A stretch of DNA of 64,000 nucleotides from Entomortierella parvispora E1425 (Eukaryota > Fungi > Mortierellomycota), in the NCBI GenBank assembly GCA_020891255.1, contig BQFW01000014.1:744001-808000 (forward strand), given 5' to 3'. Shown here in pieces: positions 1 through 16,740 of the stretch (position 1 is the first letter of the stretch; every line of letters starts with the position of its first letter). Under the pieces are notes generated by a model. The model saw only the letters and a list, made by a program, of their open reading frames with translations, searched no databases and was not told the DNA's origin. A program made the position numbers and the translations under genes.

Positions 1-2918
<2,918 letters not shown>

Positions 2919-3354
2919 ATAATAAATGAACCCCGTCGCCTGATGAGCTGTAAACGTGTGTCTCCAAGCACAATTGATAATGTAGCCTCGACATGGAGGT
3001 CATCTCGTCTGATTGTAAGCTCCCTTCCGCTGACTGGCAACGATGCTCTACACCCAAATGAAATGAGGTGGAAGTGTTTGCTCAACGGACGTTGTGAAGG
3101 ATGATGGACGTCCTCAATTTCATCCAACCCTGAAAGAGCAGTCACGAGGGCGCTCACTGTTGCATGCGATAGACCTCACTGCCTTTGCACTCCATCGCAT
3201 TCTTGTCCGCCCGCCCTATTTTTGGTCTCTTCACCGATGTGAGAATGTTCGCCCCTTCTGTTCTCTCGCACAACTTTCAACTTTTTCTTTCTTTATGAAA
3301 AATGCTCATCAGTCGGCAAGAATATCTTCTTGTCCAAAATCAAAGACAAACCTT

Positions 3355-3691
3355 CCAAAGAGTTGTGGAAGGAGGGTGTACCTCGCCACAGCCAAAAGTG
3401 AAGTATCCGCTTTCGAAGCGGGTGTTCGGATTACCAAGCGGTTCCTTTTCGTATTATCTCCAAGATGACGTTGCAGACACAGTTTCTCTGACCTTTCTAC
3501 GAATCGGCGGAGGTCAAGGCAGAACCCCAGTTGAGGAATGAGGTGTTCTAGGTGTTCTCGCCGTAGACTGGAGCCCGTGCTAGAGCTCTCTGCCAAGGAG
3601 TTGTGGAATGAGGGTGTACATCGCCCCAGCCAAAGGTAGGCATCTGATTTTGAAACGGGTGTTCGGATTAGGAAGCGGTTCCTTCTTTGTA
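3355..3691. repeat. Diverged ~95-bp direct repeat pair (about 3355-3452 and 3593-3691)
   Basis: AGTTGTGGAA.GAGGGTGTAC.TCGCC.CAGCCAAA...GAA.CGGGTGTTCGGATTA..AAGCGGTTCCTT occurs twice about 238 bp apart, between two convergent genes. Confidence 0.8.
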
Positions 3692-3977
3692 CCTTTCCTG
3701 TATGTTTTATGGCATGGCGAATGCTGGCGGTTTGATATAGCAGGTGGTTTTTTTTTTTTTTTTTTTTGACATTTTGGAGGTAGGATTTCCACGATGTCTA
3801 TGATACGTCGATGACGGTACCGGAGACTCTTTGTCCGGTGCACGTAAGGACCCGTTTCACCACTCTGCTCCTTCATCATCCTTCAATAAACAGACAATGA
3901 TATGCAGGTTTCGTCTTTTATTCACTCTGTTTTTTTGATACGAAGCAACTGCTGTTTTGAAATAAGTCCCTAGAGAC

Positions 3978-5805
3978 TTAATCTGCCAAGCAGATGGTCT
4001 TGAGTTCTGAGTAGAAGTCAAGAGAATGATCTCCACCCTCCCGACCAAGTCCGCTCTTCTTCATCCCTCCGAAAGGCATGCGAAGGTCGCGTGCCATCCA
4101 TGTGTTGACCCAGACATAACCTGCCTCGATGGACTGAGCCACTCGACGAGCGCGACGACCATTCTCAGTCCAAACAGAGCAGGAGAGACCATATTCAGAA
4201 TCATTGGTCAATGCAATCACCTCATCCTCCGTATCGAATGCATAGATGGTCACTACGGGACCAAAGATCTCCTCGCGCATCACCCGGCAAGAGGGGGTCA
4301 GTCTAATTCAAGCAAAATAAATGGCGTGAGAAACATGCACACATTCATGCGCAATACCACAGAATCCCTTGTAACAAAGAAGGATGAGGATGACATACCC
4401 AGAGATGATGGTTGGCTCCAAGAAGTATCCATCCTTGAAGTCGTCTGGCAAATCTGTTGGCTTTTGTCCTCCGCACTCAATCTTTCCGCCCTCCTGTTTG
4501 CCAAGCTCGACGTAGCTTAAGACCTTTTCCCAATGCTCCTTTGAAACCAGTGCTCCCAAGTTGGTTTCCTTCTTGGTAGGGTCGCCAACTTTGAGGTTCT
4601 TGGCTCCTTGGACCAATCGCTCGAGGAACTTTTCATAGATGGGTCGCTCCACAAAGATCCTGGAGCCACAGAGACAAATCTCTCCTTGGTTCGCAAAGCT
4701 GGACCGCAAACTTGTGGTCAGAGCCTGCTCGAAATCACAGTCGGCAAAGACAATGTTGGCGTTCTTGCCCCCGAGCTCCAGGGACAGCTTCTTGAAATGC
4801 TGTGCAGAGTTGGCAATGATCTTTGCGCCAGTGACCGTACCACCGGTGAAGGAGATGACAGGGATGCGAGGATGCTCAACAATTGCTTGACCAGCACCCA
4901 TGCCCGTTCCAAAGACCATGTTGACAACACCTGCAGGCAAACCCGCTTCCTTGAGAACAGAGCAAAGCAAGTATGCAGTCAAGGATGTAAACTCGGACGG
5001 CTTGCAGACTGCAGTATTTCCACAGGCTAGTGGATGAAAGGGAGGAACAAAAAGACAAGAAACAATGCATGCACGTAATGCAGGCGGTGAGTGATCAGAT
5101 TGCTTTTGCTGCTGTGTTCTCAAGCTAGCGTGATTTCCTACCAATGCATGGAGCAATCTTCCAAGTCAGCAAGTACAGAGGCCTGGTGGTGGAGAAAGAG
5201 AGAAGGACATTGGATGAAAAATAAGTCCATGGGGATACCTTTTTCTATCACAGACAAGACATGCATTGCGCCCAGGCGGAGGTACAAATGGGTGAATAAA
5301 AGAATATCCGTGATGCATTGACAGAAGCTTACAAGTTCCAAGGGGAGATCAAACCCACGACACCGATCGGCATCCGCTGAGTGTAGTTGAAGCCGATCCC
5401 GGCCAGATCACCGGCCTCCTCGACACTGTGGAGGATCCGGCCAGCAAAGAATCGAAAGTTGTGGGCTGCACGGGGGATATCGACTGTCCTTGCCAGCTCG
5501 ACAGGCTTGCCTTGATCCTTGGACTCGGCCTGAGCAAACTCGTCGAGTCTGGACTCGATCAGGTCTGCGATGCGGTAGAGGATTTTGGCTCTCTCGGCGC
5601 GGCTAGTCTTGGACCAGCCTGGGAAGGCCTTGGAGGCGGCCTGGTAAGCGAGCTCGACGTCGGCCTTGGTCGAGTCTGGGATCTGGGCATGGGGGCGACC
5701 ACGCGAGGGCTCGAAGGTGTCAAAGTACTTTCCGGCCGTAGGCTGGATGTGCTCATTGTTGATAAAGTTATCAAGGGCCTTGAGGGAGTTGGATGTGGAA
5801 GCCAT
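3978..5805 (-). CDS. Aldehyde dehydrogenase, ALDH8A1 / 2-aminomuconate-semialdehyde dehydrogenase-like
   Basis: Exons about 5805-5333, 5182-5143 (micro-exon PLYLLTWKIAPCI), 5026-4397 and 4287-3978. Motifs ISPWNLP, CKPSE, SFTGGT, LELGGKN, NQGEICLCGSR, EEIFGPV, RDLRMPFGGMKKSGLGREGG. Confidence 0.9.
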
Positions 5806-6060
5806 GGTGAAGGATGGATCTGCGGAGGGAGGGGTGGGTGATGAAGAGATGGATGAATTGTGGGAGTGGAGCAAGATGATGGAGATGGGGTTGGGACATG
5901 ATCATCCGTGAGAAAAATAAGGTGGATGCACCGCGATACCTCTTAAGCAGGCAGTCAGTCAGCTGGACCACATTGGTCGGATCTCGGCCTTTTTTTTTTT
6001 TTTTTTTTTTGTTCTTTCTCGGGTGGATCATCTGTCCTTCGTTCCCTTTCTTTTCTTTTT

Positions 6061-6095
6061 TCTTTCGTTCTTCCTTTCTTTCGTTCTTTCTTTCG

Positions 6096-6122
<27 letters not shown>
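6061..6122. repeat. (CTTT)n-like microsatellite
   Basis: Imperfect tetranucleotide run upstream of the ALDH start. Confidence 0.85.
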
Positions 6123-6126
<4 letters not shown>

Positions 6127-7572
6127 CCTCATCCAACTCCCATGCACCCTCTTGGCCACCAGTAACAACCCGTTCATGGCAGGATGGCTCCTCAACAGAC
6201 TCGGCAAAATCACGGGCTACTGCTTGCCGGATATCCGTACTCTTGATCAAAGCCGTCATTCTCTGGGATGAGGATATCTGAAACATACGCTGGACATGGA
6301 CATCGCTTCTCAACCCTCAATCACCACATGACTATATGATTATCTCCGGACTAGACCTTGGTTATGACACAGAATCGTGGACCAGCATACCAATCATGGA
6401 CTCGCAAATAAGGACCAGCAGCCAAGGACGCACAACTATTTCGGATCCGGAAGGTCTGACTAAGGCCGACCGGAATCTACTCTGAAAGGCGACAGACTGG
6501 ATTCAAAGTGTGGTGATCCTGACCGGAAAGAATGCACTTTCATCAATCCTGACTGTCCCTACTTATTCTTCTAGATTTGTGGTTAGTCAAATGAACTTGA
6601 ATCTCGTTCAGGATGCTTTGGTTCTGGGGATGACCGCACTAGCTTCCAAAAGTGAACCATTACGTCAATGATGCTGAATAACAAGAACTGAAGTCGGGGA
6701 GAGCATCAAGGAGATGACCTGACTTTAGGCTGGATTGAGATTTTGGTAGGTGGACGAATAGGTCTCACCACCATCGTACAGAAATCACAACAGGATAGTA
6801 TCCCGGTTTTCCCACAAAATTCAATCCTATGGACTCGAACTGCAGGAGTAACGCGATATGGCTGATTTATAGTCAACAGCAAGAGATGCCATGGATACAA
6901 GTGGTACTTGCATCCGTAGTACCATTCGATGCTCGGATCTGATGTTCGAGCAAGGAAACAAATTTTCAGACTTTTGCTACCTGCACCTAGGGAAGTCATG
7001 AAGGGCGAATTTTGGCCAAACCGGAACGCCTTCAGCCCGTTACTGCCGTATTCACAATGGGTAAGTTAGACCGAAGTGTGAACGTCTGAAGACATGGAAA
7101 GAAGGTTGAACCAATACAAACACAAACGTGAATCCGCAGTAGTTTGTTCTAATAAAGTCGTCAATGAACATTGCGCCAAGAGTCCTGAAAATGTGTCCTT
7201 GCCGACAAATTTGCGCGTCCCTCGGTGATAACGCTTTTCCGCCATTACCCTCAGTTTCCAATCGTCTTGCATCCTGGACAACATCACCCCGTTGAGGACG
7301 CTTGAAGTGCTGCGGCGGATCAGCCCAGAGACAAATCGGTGCGATCGAGGGAACTGTTACACAACAATGTTGTTGACATGATTCGCCGCCGCGCGGCGCA
7401 ACAAATGGGGAACAAGAAGGCTCTCTCGATGGTTAGTCAAGTGAACAAATTTCCCCACTTTGCCTTTTTACTTTCTCATCCCTTTCCGTCCTTCCCCAAA
7501 CCCGCAACCAGGAAATTCGTCCCAGCAGGATTTCTTCAAGGTCAAATATTTGGAGCGCTCATTTACCACACA

Positions 7573-10500
7573 ATGCACCCCGCGGTTGAGTATGAATGCT
7601 AGGAACTTCTGTTGGGTGTTTTGTTGGATCACTTGTTTATGTCTTTACCTAATCTTACCCCTTTAAACACTTGCAGCGTCATTGAGAATGCCTTGCCTCT
7701 GGCCTACGCCGGTCTCTCCGCTGCCATCATCTTGTACCTCTCGCGAAAGCCCGTCCAGCTTGATGACCAGGATGACTTTCAGGAGCACGACGAGCATCTC
7801 GAGAGCGTCTCCGAGATCGATCAAGAGCTCGACCTGAACGCTTGTCTCTCTAACGAGCATGGTCCGAAGGAAGGAGGAGGAGCCCTATTCGCCATTGATC
7901 TCACACGGTTTGGACTGACGGTCCTGCAACTTGGCTTGGCCTTCTTTGTCTTGGTTTTGACGTTTTCAATCGATAATGGCCATGGCGATGGTGAAGAGGA
8001 CAATGATGATCGACGTAGCTACCGCTTCAAGATCGCAGGCGAGATTGTTCAGATCGTTTCTTGGTCTTACATGCTCATCCTTTCTATGATCCATCTGTTC
8101 CACCGAAGGATCTCGCTTCAGTTTTGGATTCGACCTCAGATGGACATTTTTTACTCTTTGGAGTGGATTCTATCGTCCATCAAGGTCTCTGGAGTCTTTA
8201 CTTTCTTGATGGACTTCCCAGTCTCGAAATGGCCAGTTTTGGTTCAGATCGAACTGGTCAAGTGGCTGCTCCTTGTGTTCTTGCTCTGGACTACGCTTGC
8301 GACGAAGCCGCTCCCAGAGCCAGCCCCTAAAAACTACAAGGATCCAGCAGTAACAGCCGATAGACCAGGTGCAAATGAATATGGCTCTTCGCTCTACGCG
8401 CAGTTGACATTTGCCTGGGTGAACCCATTGATCTATTTGGGCTTTAAGCGGCCAGTACAGGATAAGGACCTTCCTTGGCTCGAAGTTCAGGACCAAGCTT
8501 GGTGGTCGACTCGATACTTTTTGTCAAAGAGGTATGTCTTGGCACAAACAACAAAGAGATGGAAACTGGTGGCAATTCATGTCCAACTCAACATTTTTTT
8601 GTTTGTTTGTGCTCATCATGGTGATTAGAACCAAGAAGAACACGTTTATCCATGCTCTTATCTCTGCTATAGGCTACGATGTCTTTATCCAGTTCCTTTG
8701 GGGCGTGCCCTGGTGTCTCTTCATGACGGCGTCGCCGTACTGCCTGAACAAGATTGTCCAGTATGTCGAATGTGAAAATTGCGGTCCCCCAACCTGGAAG
8801 GAATATATCTGGGTCTTTGCACTGTTCGGGGCTAAGGTGATTGAGTCGTTGTCGATGCAAACAGCTTTGCATCGAGGACGTCGTATGTACCTCCACGTTA
8901 CCGCCATCTGCAACTCGCTTATTTTCAGGAAGACTCTCCGAAGAAAGGATGTGGGCTCCCCGAATAAGTCCAAGGATGAGAAATCAGGCGTCAAGGAGGA
9001 GAGCGCCGATGATGATGATAATGACAGCGATGGTGTTGAGAACAAGGATGGAACCCTGAACATTGCCAGTAGGTTTTTTATTTTTATTTTTTATTTTTTA
9101 TCCGTTGTTCTCAGTGTCACCTCGCTGCGTCAATGGTCGTCAGATTTTTTTTTCTAATATTTTCTGATATTTTTCGTCTATTTCTAGACTTGGTGGCAGT
9201 CGATCTGAAAAAGATGGAAGAGTGCATTTGCTACCTGTTTTATATCTATGGATTTCCACTACAGTTCATTGTGGCCGCCTTTCAACTCTACTATCTTCTT
9301 GGTAAGGCCGCCTTGATTGGTATGGTCTTCCTTGTTGTCACTATCCCACTCCCGACCTGTTTCTACTCCATCATTATGAAGTTACTCAAGGATGTCATGA
9401 CCACCAAGGACGAACGCATGGAAATTTTGAACGAGATGTTGTCCGCCATTCGCATCGTCAAATTCTTTGGATGGGAGTCCAAATTTGTCGAAAAAATTAG
9501 GGCCGCCCGTGTCAAGGAGTTGAAACAAACGAGAAAGTCCTATGTCAATATTCTCTTGGCTGAGGCGGCGTGGATGGTCATGCCGATCATGAACACAATC
9601 GTGGTCTTTTTCTCCTACACAAAGATCTATAACCAGACCATGTCGGCGTCCGTCATCTTTACGACCCTGGCATTGATGAACATTATGAGAACCGCGATGA
9701 ACTTTTTCCCTCAGGAGGTCATCACTTTCCTCCGGACTATTGTCGCATTGCGTCGTATCAACCAGTTTTTGGATGAGGAGGAGATCGATCGAGATACGAC
9801 CGTGACAAAGATCACCAATGGCAAGAGCAAAGCCATTGTTGGTGACGCGTTGCCTATCATACAAGGAGCACAACAAGGTCGCCGCTAAGGCTGCCAAGAA
9901 GTTGTCTCTTTTCAAGAGGATCAAGGCAAAGCTCTCCAGAACCAAGAAAGCCGCTGTGGAACCAGCTGGGGAAGCAGTCGCCCCACAGGAACGATTCAAG
10001 CTGAAGAACATCAACGCAAATTTCCCCATCGGTCAGCTCTCTGTTATTGTGGGTCCCACCGGATCTGGCAAATCGGCTCTTTTGTTGGCTCTTCTAGGCG
10101 AACTTGAACGTCTTGAGGGTGCCATGTTCCTTCCTCGACTCGACTATGGCGAATATCAAGTCTCTGGTCGTGGATCAGGATCGCGTACGCTGCACAAACA
10201 GCCTGTTTGCAAAACTCGACGATTCGTGATAATATTTTGTTTGGTAAAGCCCTTGATCAGGACCGATACGACGCTGTCCTCGAAGGATGTGCCCTGACCC
10301 CCGATTTGGAAACGTTCGATGCCGGCGATGAAACAGAGATTGGCGAACAAGGAATCACGCTCTCTGGAGGACAGAAGCAGCGCGTTGCCCTTGCTCGCGC
10401 GCTTTATTCGGATGGGACCGTGTTGCTCTTGGACGACTGTCTCTCTGCTGTGGACTCTCATACTGGAAAGCAACTCTTCCAAACGTTGACCGGATCACTG

Positions 10501-13010
10501 GTAGAGGGTCGGACTGTGATCATGCTCACCCATCAGGCCCAATTGACTTTGAATGCGGCCCATTACGTCCTTGTTTTGAACAAGGGAGAAGTTGTTGGCT
10601 CTGGCATCCCTGAAGAGGCGATTGCCAAAGGATGGATCGACAATGTTATCTTGACAAACTCGATTTCGGATGAAGAGAGCGAAGTCACCACTCTGAACGT
10701 GGCCAACATCCCAAAGAAGGCCAAGGTCGACAAGCCCAAGAAGGCAGCCACCAAGCTGACAGAAGACGAGAAAAAGGCAGAAGGATCGGTCGCTTGGAGA
10801 GTCTACAAGACTTATTTGGTGGCATCAGGAGGATTCCCATTCTGGACTTTTATTCTATCACTCTACGGTCTGCGCATTGCTGTTGATGTCAGTCAATCTG
10901 CCTGGCTGGCCATCTGGGCCAACAAGTTGGCAGAAGCCGTTGGATCATTTGTTCGCCAATCTTTCAATGGCGTTGTCCCTGCCGCTGTTACTCAGACGCT
11001 GTATTCGTCCTTCAGCCCCCGCCAGAATGGCGCCGGTATGGCAGGCGAGCTCTCATCAAAGTTCTTTGGGTCACACACAAGCAACAGTCTTCTCACCAGC
11101 TCTGGCGATGGCAGTGCTGATTACTACCTTGGTATCTATGTCCTCATCGGACTGTTCACGATGGGTTTTGTGACCTATACGGAGTACGCGTCCATCTTTG
11201 GAAGCATGCGCGCTTCTCAAGTGTTGCACGACCAACTTCTGTTCAAAATCTCGCGTGCCAAGGTCTGATTCTTTGATACGACGCCCATTGGACGAGTGAC
11301 AAACCGCTTCAGTTCTGATATAGCGACGATCGACGATGATGTGATGAGGGCCCTCCTCGGCTTCGTTTTGTCCATCATTTCTGCCCTCAGTGTTGTTATC
11401 GTCATCTCCTTCAGTACGCCCACGTTCTTGTTCATGGCCGTCTTCATCGTAGCCATCTATGCCGTCATTGGATCCCTCTACGTGCCAATCTCGCGTGATC
11501 TCAAGCGTTTGAACTCGAACTCGCGCTCGCCGATTTTGAACCACTTCAATGAGACATTGACAGGACTGGCGACGATTCGTGCTTTTGGATTCGAGAAACG
11601 CTTCCAGTCCAGGAACTTGGTCACGGTCGATAACAACAACAGAACGTTCTTTTTGCTCTGGTCCACGAACCGATGGTTGCATTGGCGTGTGGATGCAACG
11701 GGTGCCTTTGTCTCGTTCTCGACCGGCATGCTGATTCTTCGCAATTGGGGACAAGTTGCGCCTGGCTGGGCTGCCTTGAGTTTGACATTTGCCTTGACTT
11801 TTACCGTAAGAAAGGAGCCCCTCGCTGGATTTTTTTTTTTTTTTTTTTTTTTTTGGGTACTCTTTCAAACCTCAGAACGATCTTTCTAACGATTTTTTTT
11901 TGTTTTTGTTTTGTACTCTAGGGAAATATTGTTTGGTTGATCCGCATCTACGCTGAAAACGAGATGAACATGAATGCCGTTGAGCGTGTGGCTGAGTACT
12001 TGGACTTGGAAGAGGAGCCACCAGCTATCATCGAAGGATCCCGTCCCCCAGCATCGTGGCCCCACTCGGGTGCGATTGCGGTCGAGAACCTGAGCATGCG
12101 ATACTCGGCCGATTCGCCCGAGGTCATTAAGAACATCTCGTTCTCGATCAAGGCAGGCGAAAAGGTCGGTGTTGTGGGTCGTACTGGATCAGGAAAGTCC
12201 ACGTTCGCGATTTCACTCTTCCGTTTCATGGACCCTGTCAACGGCACCATTTGCATCGACGGCATTGATATCTGCAAGATTGGACTTCAAGATTTGAGGT
12301 CAAAGCTGACCATCATCCCTCAAGACCCCGTTCTGTTCAAGGGAACCCTTCGCTCCAACCTGGATCCGTTTGATGAGTGTGAAGACCCTGAGCTCTGGGA
12401 GGCTTTGAGACGCAGCCATTTGATTCCAGATCCAAAGTCTGGCTCAGCCCTGCCCAGCAAGCGTCCCAGCTTTGAACTCACTTCGGATGCAGCTGCTGCT
12501 GCTCCTGCTGTCACCGCCACGTTGTCGACTGCTAAGGCAACACCAGCTGGATCAGTGAAGGGCTCAACCACGGAATCTGAGATTGTCGACCCCTCCAAGA
12601 TCACGCTTGATACTCCCGTCAAAGAGAACGGATCGAATTTCTCGCAGGGTCAGCGCCAACTGATTGCTCTGGCGCGCGCATTGGTCCGTCAATCCAAGAT
12701 CATTGTGATGGATGAAGCCACGGCCAGTGTGGATTTCGAGACGGATCTCAAAATCCAAGCCACGATCCGGGAGGAAATGGCAGACTCGACCATCATCACG
12801 ATTGCCCATCGCATCCGAACCATTGCCGATTTTGATCGCGTCTTGGTTATGCACGCGGGCGAGATTGCTGAATACGATACCCCTTTTGCCTTGATGAACC
12901 GGGAGGATGGCTTGTTCAGATCCATGTGTGAGCGTTCTTCGGAATTCGACATCCTTTATACCATTGCTGAAGAAAAAGACCGAAAGGATAGAGAGTTGTC
13001 CCATGTTTAA
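7573..13010 (+). pseudogene. ABCC/MRP-type (YBT1/YCF1-like) full-size ABC transporter with disabling lesions
   Basis: TMD-NBD-TMD-NBD layout. Walker A GPTGSGKS and GRTGSGKS, signatures LSGGQKQR and FSQGQRQ, Walker B LLLDD and IVMDE. Frame breaks at about 9845-9865 and about 10180 have no plausible intron. In-frame TGA at 11266-11268 in AKV*FFDTTPIGR. Start codon uncertain. Confidence 0.8.
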
Positions 13011-13549
13011 AACAACATCTTCTTTGTCGGTCCAGAATAAAATATTGTTTCTTTTATTGTGTGTGTGCGTTGTGATTTTTTTTCTCCATTCATTCTTTTT
13101 CTCTGTTCTGTCTTATGGCCGACCACAATGGTGCTGGTTCACCAGAGGGTGGGCACCAGCCTGAAGGCGAGGCCAAAGACCTTGGGATACCTCGGTGCTC
13201 TAGAACACCCCAGCAAGAAGAGTCTTTTGTCATGGAAGTGTAAAAATTGAGGGGACAGAGACCCGTCAGAATTCAGCTAGACGCGTTTTAGCTGCCTACG
13301 TATCAACCAGATATGAATTGCCATACCTCTCTGTCATTTTGTTTGCAACAACAACAACAACAAAAAACTGTATAATGGAATACAGCTCACGCAAGAAAAA
13401 AAATTTGGGATGCACAAAACACCTTGTTATTTTTCTTTATTCTATCGGCACGCAGGGTCCGGGAAGTGAGGGTATGTGCAGCGACGTTTTCGAAGCAAGA
13501 ACCTGTGCGATAAAATAAAAGGGGCCAGAAGAAGCCCAAGAGACAACAT

Positions 13550-16500
13550 CTAGCTCTTTGGTGGAGGGGTGGGTGGCAAGGGAGGAAGGTCTAATCCAAC
13601 ATCCAGGGGCGATTGCTGAGGGATCAATGGCAACGGTCGATGGAGGAGCGTTTCAGAGTCTACAGGCACAGCCACATGAGAAGGAGGAGTCAGAGTCTCC
13701 ACAGACGAGCGCTCATGACTGGATTCGGTGGAGGAACGGGATCCGCCGACCAAAGCCACCTGTAGATCAGAATCAACCGCACTTCCAACTCGAGAACGCA
13801 TGGACTGAGAGCGCGCCAAGGATCCATAGATCCCGACGCAGGCAGGCTCGATCGTGACCTTGATGAAGAGGGTACTGTACAGATAGGGGTCTCCAGAAGG
13901 ATCTTGCAGCTGAATATGTCGATAGCCTTCCTGAAGACAATCGAGTGAGATGGTGTACGAGGCAATCAAATCCGAGAACTTTATGTCCTCGTCTTCAACT
14001 ACAAATCGGAAAAACACCAGCTCGTGATGCTCATAATCGACCCTGAATTTGAATTGTTCGTTCCATAGTGGGTTGAATCCATTGTCGTTGATATGGCGAG
14101 TCTTGAATTTGACGGCAGACTGTCCAGGGATCAACATCTCGACCTCGCAAAGAGGGTCAACGACATCACCTGTCAAAGACTCGTTTGGTCTCGGCAATTG
14201 TTGGGCGGAAATGATCTGTAAAACGAGTTTGAAAGGTTAGAAAACTAGTCGCATTCACATTTATAGAGATAGAAACCAATTGCCACTTACATCAATTGTG
14301 ACATCCACTGGGTGCGACCGGGTGAATGCAGGGGCCTTGTCATGGTTGCATACCTCGCCAGGACCAAGTCTCAACGGCTGGGGCTTTAAAACATAACCAC
14401 AATGGCCGTTCATGGTGAACATGGCGCTGTTCATTTGCATGCCTCTATCATGATTTTGGTAGTTCAATGCGACGATTTGGCAGCCTGCAGCCCAATGATG
14501 ATGTGGGTCATAGTTGGTCGAGTTGATGCGGAAACCAGCGGGATATACACGAGTCAGGTGGGTCTTGTTAAGATTGATGTATTCTTGCAGTGTTGACTTG
14601 CCCAACCGCAGGGATACACGTTCAGAGAACGATATGATCTTGAACGGAGAGCAACCATCGTGTGTGAACCCTGGAAAATGACGCGACTGGCAGTAAACTG
14701 TGATGTTGCTCAGCGCGCGGGCGATATGGACCTTTTTTGTTTTTTGCTTCGCATGCGGCTGCTTCACGCTATCGGAATCGCTCTCGCTTTCTATATAGAT
14801 AGAATCGAAGCAGAGTACAATTAATGAGCGTGTTTTACGCAGAAAAATGAAACACTAATATCCGGACATGGAGTCAAACTGACCTCTTTCAGACTCAGTA
14901 TCGGTATCGGTTGAATATTCTTGCAAGGTGGAGTCTGGAGGGAGGACTTTGCTTTTGATAAGAATCTTGAACTTGAGTTCGTCTGGGCTGGGAAGGATTT
15001 CGCTGTTGTTGCTATCGGGAAGGGGAGCAACAATGAGCCAGCTACCGAGCTTGGTTTTCATTATGTTGGCCATGGTTTCCTGTTGCTCCAAATCACAGTG
15101 AATTTCAAGCGATAGGATCAAAGGGTATGGCGAGTTCACGAAAGCGTAGGTAGAGATGGCCTCGATAACATCGCGGAACAAGATCTTGGATGTCCTGTGA
15201 AGAATAAAAACAAGCAGGTTGAGTAAAAAAAAAACGTCGAGCAACGAGCCATTTGATCCATCGACTACTACTTACAGAGTTCGCCCATGATAGATAACGG
15301 GCTGCCCATCGGATCCATCCCAACAGTCAACTAATAACGATAACGATTATCCGGGTTAGGTGTTGCACTCGACACATGGCATAACCAATTAGACAAATGA
15401 CAGAAAAAAAAGACGTACGTTCAACGCATCGGCAACCACTTTGTAGTGCCCTGATGTATCCTTCGATGGACGAAACGCCAGTGAGCTGATGGCCAAGAAG
15501 ATAGGTATTGTGGGAGCTGCTGATGTAGTAGTTGGAGAGCGTCTGGGTCATATCTTGGTGGACCTGCGCGTGTTTTGGTGAAACGACCGAGTTATCGACG
15601 GACAAAAGGAAACTGGTGAAAGAATCAACAGTAAACTTGTCAAGAGTCTTGTCGATGTGCTTGCTGTAGATGTCTTTGAGTTGACTCTTATCCATGTCCG
15701 ACTTTTGAGTGTCGATCATAAACTCTTCAAACTGCTCCTGTGATAATTCTGCGTTGTTGCTAGTGATTTCGTTAAACAGCTGGATAACCTCTTTCCGCTC
15801 CTTCAACAACTTGACAAAGTGCGTAAAATCGGCAAAGTCCAAAAAGCCCTGCTTCTTCTCGTCTGCCTGATCAAAACGTAACCGGATCTCCTTTCTTGAA
15901 AAGTTGATGTTGAGACGGTGACAGAGCCGCACGACTTCTTCATATCCAAGTTTTGAGTCTACGTTTTTGTCCGCATCCATCCAATGCTCCTTGAGCCACT
16001 GGTTTGTCCTGCGTTGCAATTGTGGCAGTCCCTCCACGTCTTCTCTCTTGACAGACCACATCTTCTCGACAGCCATGATCCAGTCCTGGTAGGTATCCTT
16101 GGTAGGCGCCACCAAGTGCAGGGCCTTATATTTGCCTTGAGCCGAATAGATGATTGTAAGCCACCGCTCCTCGTGCTCAGGTTTGACTCGCAGCTGCTCG
16201 CGGTACATCCTTGCGGCTCTACCCTTGCGAAGCTCTTTGATCTGCTCGACATTGACTATCAGTGGGCAATACAAATTTAAATATTCAAAGATTAGCTCCA
16301 GAACATTGCCGCATTGAATTGCAAGAAGCATTGATCAATTAATTTCCCCTGCACGTACTCCTTCCAAATTTCCTTGAGTCCCACAGGATTCTGCCTTGCT
16401 CCAGATCCAGCTTGAAAAGGCGTGAATGTTGCTTTTTGGCAGATATCTTTAGCATCTGCGTTCCAGCTGCGAGCTGCTTGGCGACAGCCGGGTTTACCAT

Positions 16501-16706
16501 TGGGAGGCCGTGGTCCTGGGGTGTAACTCTGACAGTTTCCATGTCCTTTTGACCGTCCAGGGAGTGGGAGGTAATTGGATGGACGTGATCAGGTGCCGGC
16601 GAGCTGCCGGCGGCGTTCTGGTCCACCGCCCCATGTGATTCGGTGGAGGCCATGCTCTCTGCCGATGCATCTGAAGGAGTTTTGCGATGAAGTCCAGACA
16701 CTGGCA

Positions 16707-16740
<34 letters not shown>

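Noticed and set aside
5771-6313. Lys-, Phe- or Glu-rich ORFs in promoter regions (also near 23343, 26455 and 42988)
   Set aside because: They are translations of homopolymers and microsatellites.
11266-11268. In-frame TGA as selenocysteine or programmed readthrough
   Set aside because: The position is normally a non-Cys residue, no SECIS is evident, and the gene has independent frameshifts. A CGA to TGA mutation or an error is simpler.
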